Shown: one piece after another, positions 62,636 through 64,000 of the stretch
How the letters are laid out: every line of letters begins with the position of its first letter
How positions within the stretch are numbered: position 1 is the stretch's first letter
Notes under the pieces: generated by a model
Told to the model about the DNA's origin: nothing
The model's input: the letters and a program-made list of their open reading frames with translations, nothing else
The model's database searches: none
From: Squalus acanthias
Lineage: Eukaryota
NCBI GenBank assembly: GCA_030390025.1
Contig: CM059432.1
Coordinates: forward strand, 20,462,001-20,526,000
Length of the DNA stretch: 64,000 nucleotides
Reading direction: 5' to 3'
Translations under genes and position numbers: made by a program

Positions 62636-62910
62636 AATGTGGCTCAGTGAGTAACACTCTCGCCTCTGAGTCAGAAGGTTGTGGGTTCAAGTCCCACTCC
62701 AGTGACTTGAACACAAAATGTAGGCAGGCACTGTAGTGCTCCTTCTAAGGGAGTGCTGCACTGTTTGATAGGAGCCAGCTTTAGGATGAGACATTAAATG
62801 AACACAAAATGTAGGCAGACACTGTAGTGCTCCTTCTAAGGGAGTGCTGCACTGTTTGATAGGAGCCAGCTTTAGGATGAGACATTAAATCAAGGCCTGT
62901 CTTTCCCTTC
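62636..62910 (+). mobile_element. 5' part of a Deu-domain SINE with an internal 91-bp tandem duplication
   Basis: TGGCTCAGTGAG..GGTTCAAGTCCC head. Units 62708-62798 and 62799-62889 differ at one position. Confidence 0.82.
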
Positions 62911-63002
62911 AATTGGCCAAATCAGCGCAGGAATGTCAAGTGCAAATTACGTCCAGCACAAATTGAGTTTCCGTGATCTTTTGCGCTAGTTTGAAAAACA
63001 TC

Positions 63003-63755
63003 GGCCCGGATTTTGTGGAGGTACTGATGGCAAAACTGTCAGCATTCGCCGTCATTACCCCTCTGAAACTGACCGTAACTTCAGGATTTAGCACATGCGC
63101 AGATAAACACGGACATCCTGAACTTGCAGTCAGTCATTCCCTGCTCCACCAAAGGCTGTGCTGTGGAACTCCCCATAGCCGGCAATCACTGAAATCAATT
63201 GAACTAACGAAAACTTCCCCTTTTCCGCTCTAATATCATTATTAAAAACCCCATAAAATGTTAAGCCATGTTCAGTGAGGTGTAACTGGGTTTTTAACGG
63301 CGTACTGAGTAATAACTAATGCTGAACAACAGTTCTGGCCCTGAAAAACTAATTTTATATTTGTGGAATGTCAAATTTCTCCATTATGATAAAAATTACT
63401 AAATTTTTAAAATAATAAAAAAAAATCTTTTTAAAATTTGTTTATGATATTTCAACTTCTACCTAACTCCATGTGTATGTCGCAATCTTTATTTCACTCT
63501 CTGTAAAAAAAAATTAAATTGCATGATATAAGCTGCATTTTATTTCCTGGTTTGCTGTCTGAGAATTCTTCAATGTGATTGGCTGCTCAAACAGCTTGAT
63601 GACATCACTGCTGCTGTACGCTGGAGATCCCCTTTTGACAGCGCTACAAGAAAACAAAAGTTTTCGCCACAGAGATCGCGAGATCTTTGTGGGCAGCTTT
63701 CTTCGAGGTCAGCGGTGATCGCCGTCGCTTCGCCGCTGACCGCAAATTCCGGACA
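63003..63755. mobile_element. Uninterrupted ~750-bp Harbinger-type MITE, apparently inserted in another MITE-like element
   Basis: Left TIR GGCCCGGATTTTG, degenerate right TIR CAAATTCCGGAC. Colinear with the rejoined 15891-24150 host. Confidence 0.82.
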
Positions 63756-64000
63756 ATTATGTTGGAAGCCGGCCCCGCCCACAAAACTGGCAATGTCCCC
63801 AGATCGAATTAATCACTATGCTGAGTTTTCGCTAATTGCGGGCCTTCGAGGAGGCTCTGAAAGTTAAGCTTTTTTTTTAGGCGCTGGGACACCAATAGAC
63901 ACTTTTTAAAAGGTTTTAAATATTTAAAAATATTTAATTTACTCAGAAACTGAGTACTGCATACTAATGAAACAAGTAAATGGTTCTGTATAGTTTGTTA

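Noticed and set aside
1..64000. Prokaryotic systems (CRISPR array, operons, retron/defence RTs)
   Set aside because: There is no repeat-spacer array or operon structure. All RT sequences are eukaryotic non-LTR types, and spliceosomal introns are present.

Overview
This is eukaryotic, repeat-dense vertebrate DNA, not prokaryotic. The repeat mix (HER1-like CR1 LINEs, V-SINE/HE1-like and Deu-domain SINEs, RTE, L2, Penelope-derived palindromes) points to a cartilaginous fish, probably a shark. I found no intact host protein-coding exon. The clearest host feature is a CpG-rich, probably bidirectional promoter at about 13.0-13.16 kb. It has two outward-facing ACTACAnnTCCCAG-type (ZNF143/THAP11) motifs and candidate non-coding 5' exons on both strands, so much of the window is probably intronic. 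The most informative structure is a PIF/Harbinger transposon set. It has three decayed two-gene elements (HARBI1-like DDE nuclease plus a convergent, intron-containing Myb/SANT gene) and about nine non-autonomous MITEs with GG(G/C)-initial TIRs and 3-bp TSDs. Four of these elements form a nest at 15.9-24.2 kb that can be reconstructed at base level. The MITE subterminal hairpins show compensatory base changes. Other notable items are a Penelope-derived ~100-bp-arm palindrome carrying minimal hammerhead-ribozyme cores, a twin-primed (5'-inverted) CR1, a near-intact CR1 ORF2, a Vingi-like relic and two putative solo LTRs. Family names come from motif recognition only; no database searches were run, and boundaries of decayed elements are approximate.
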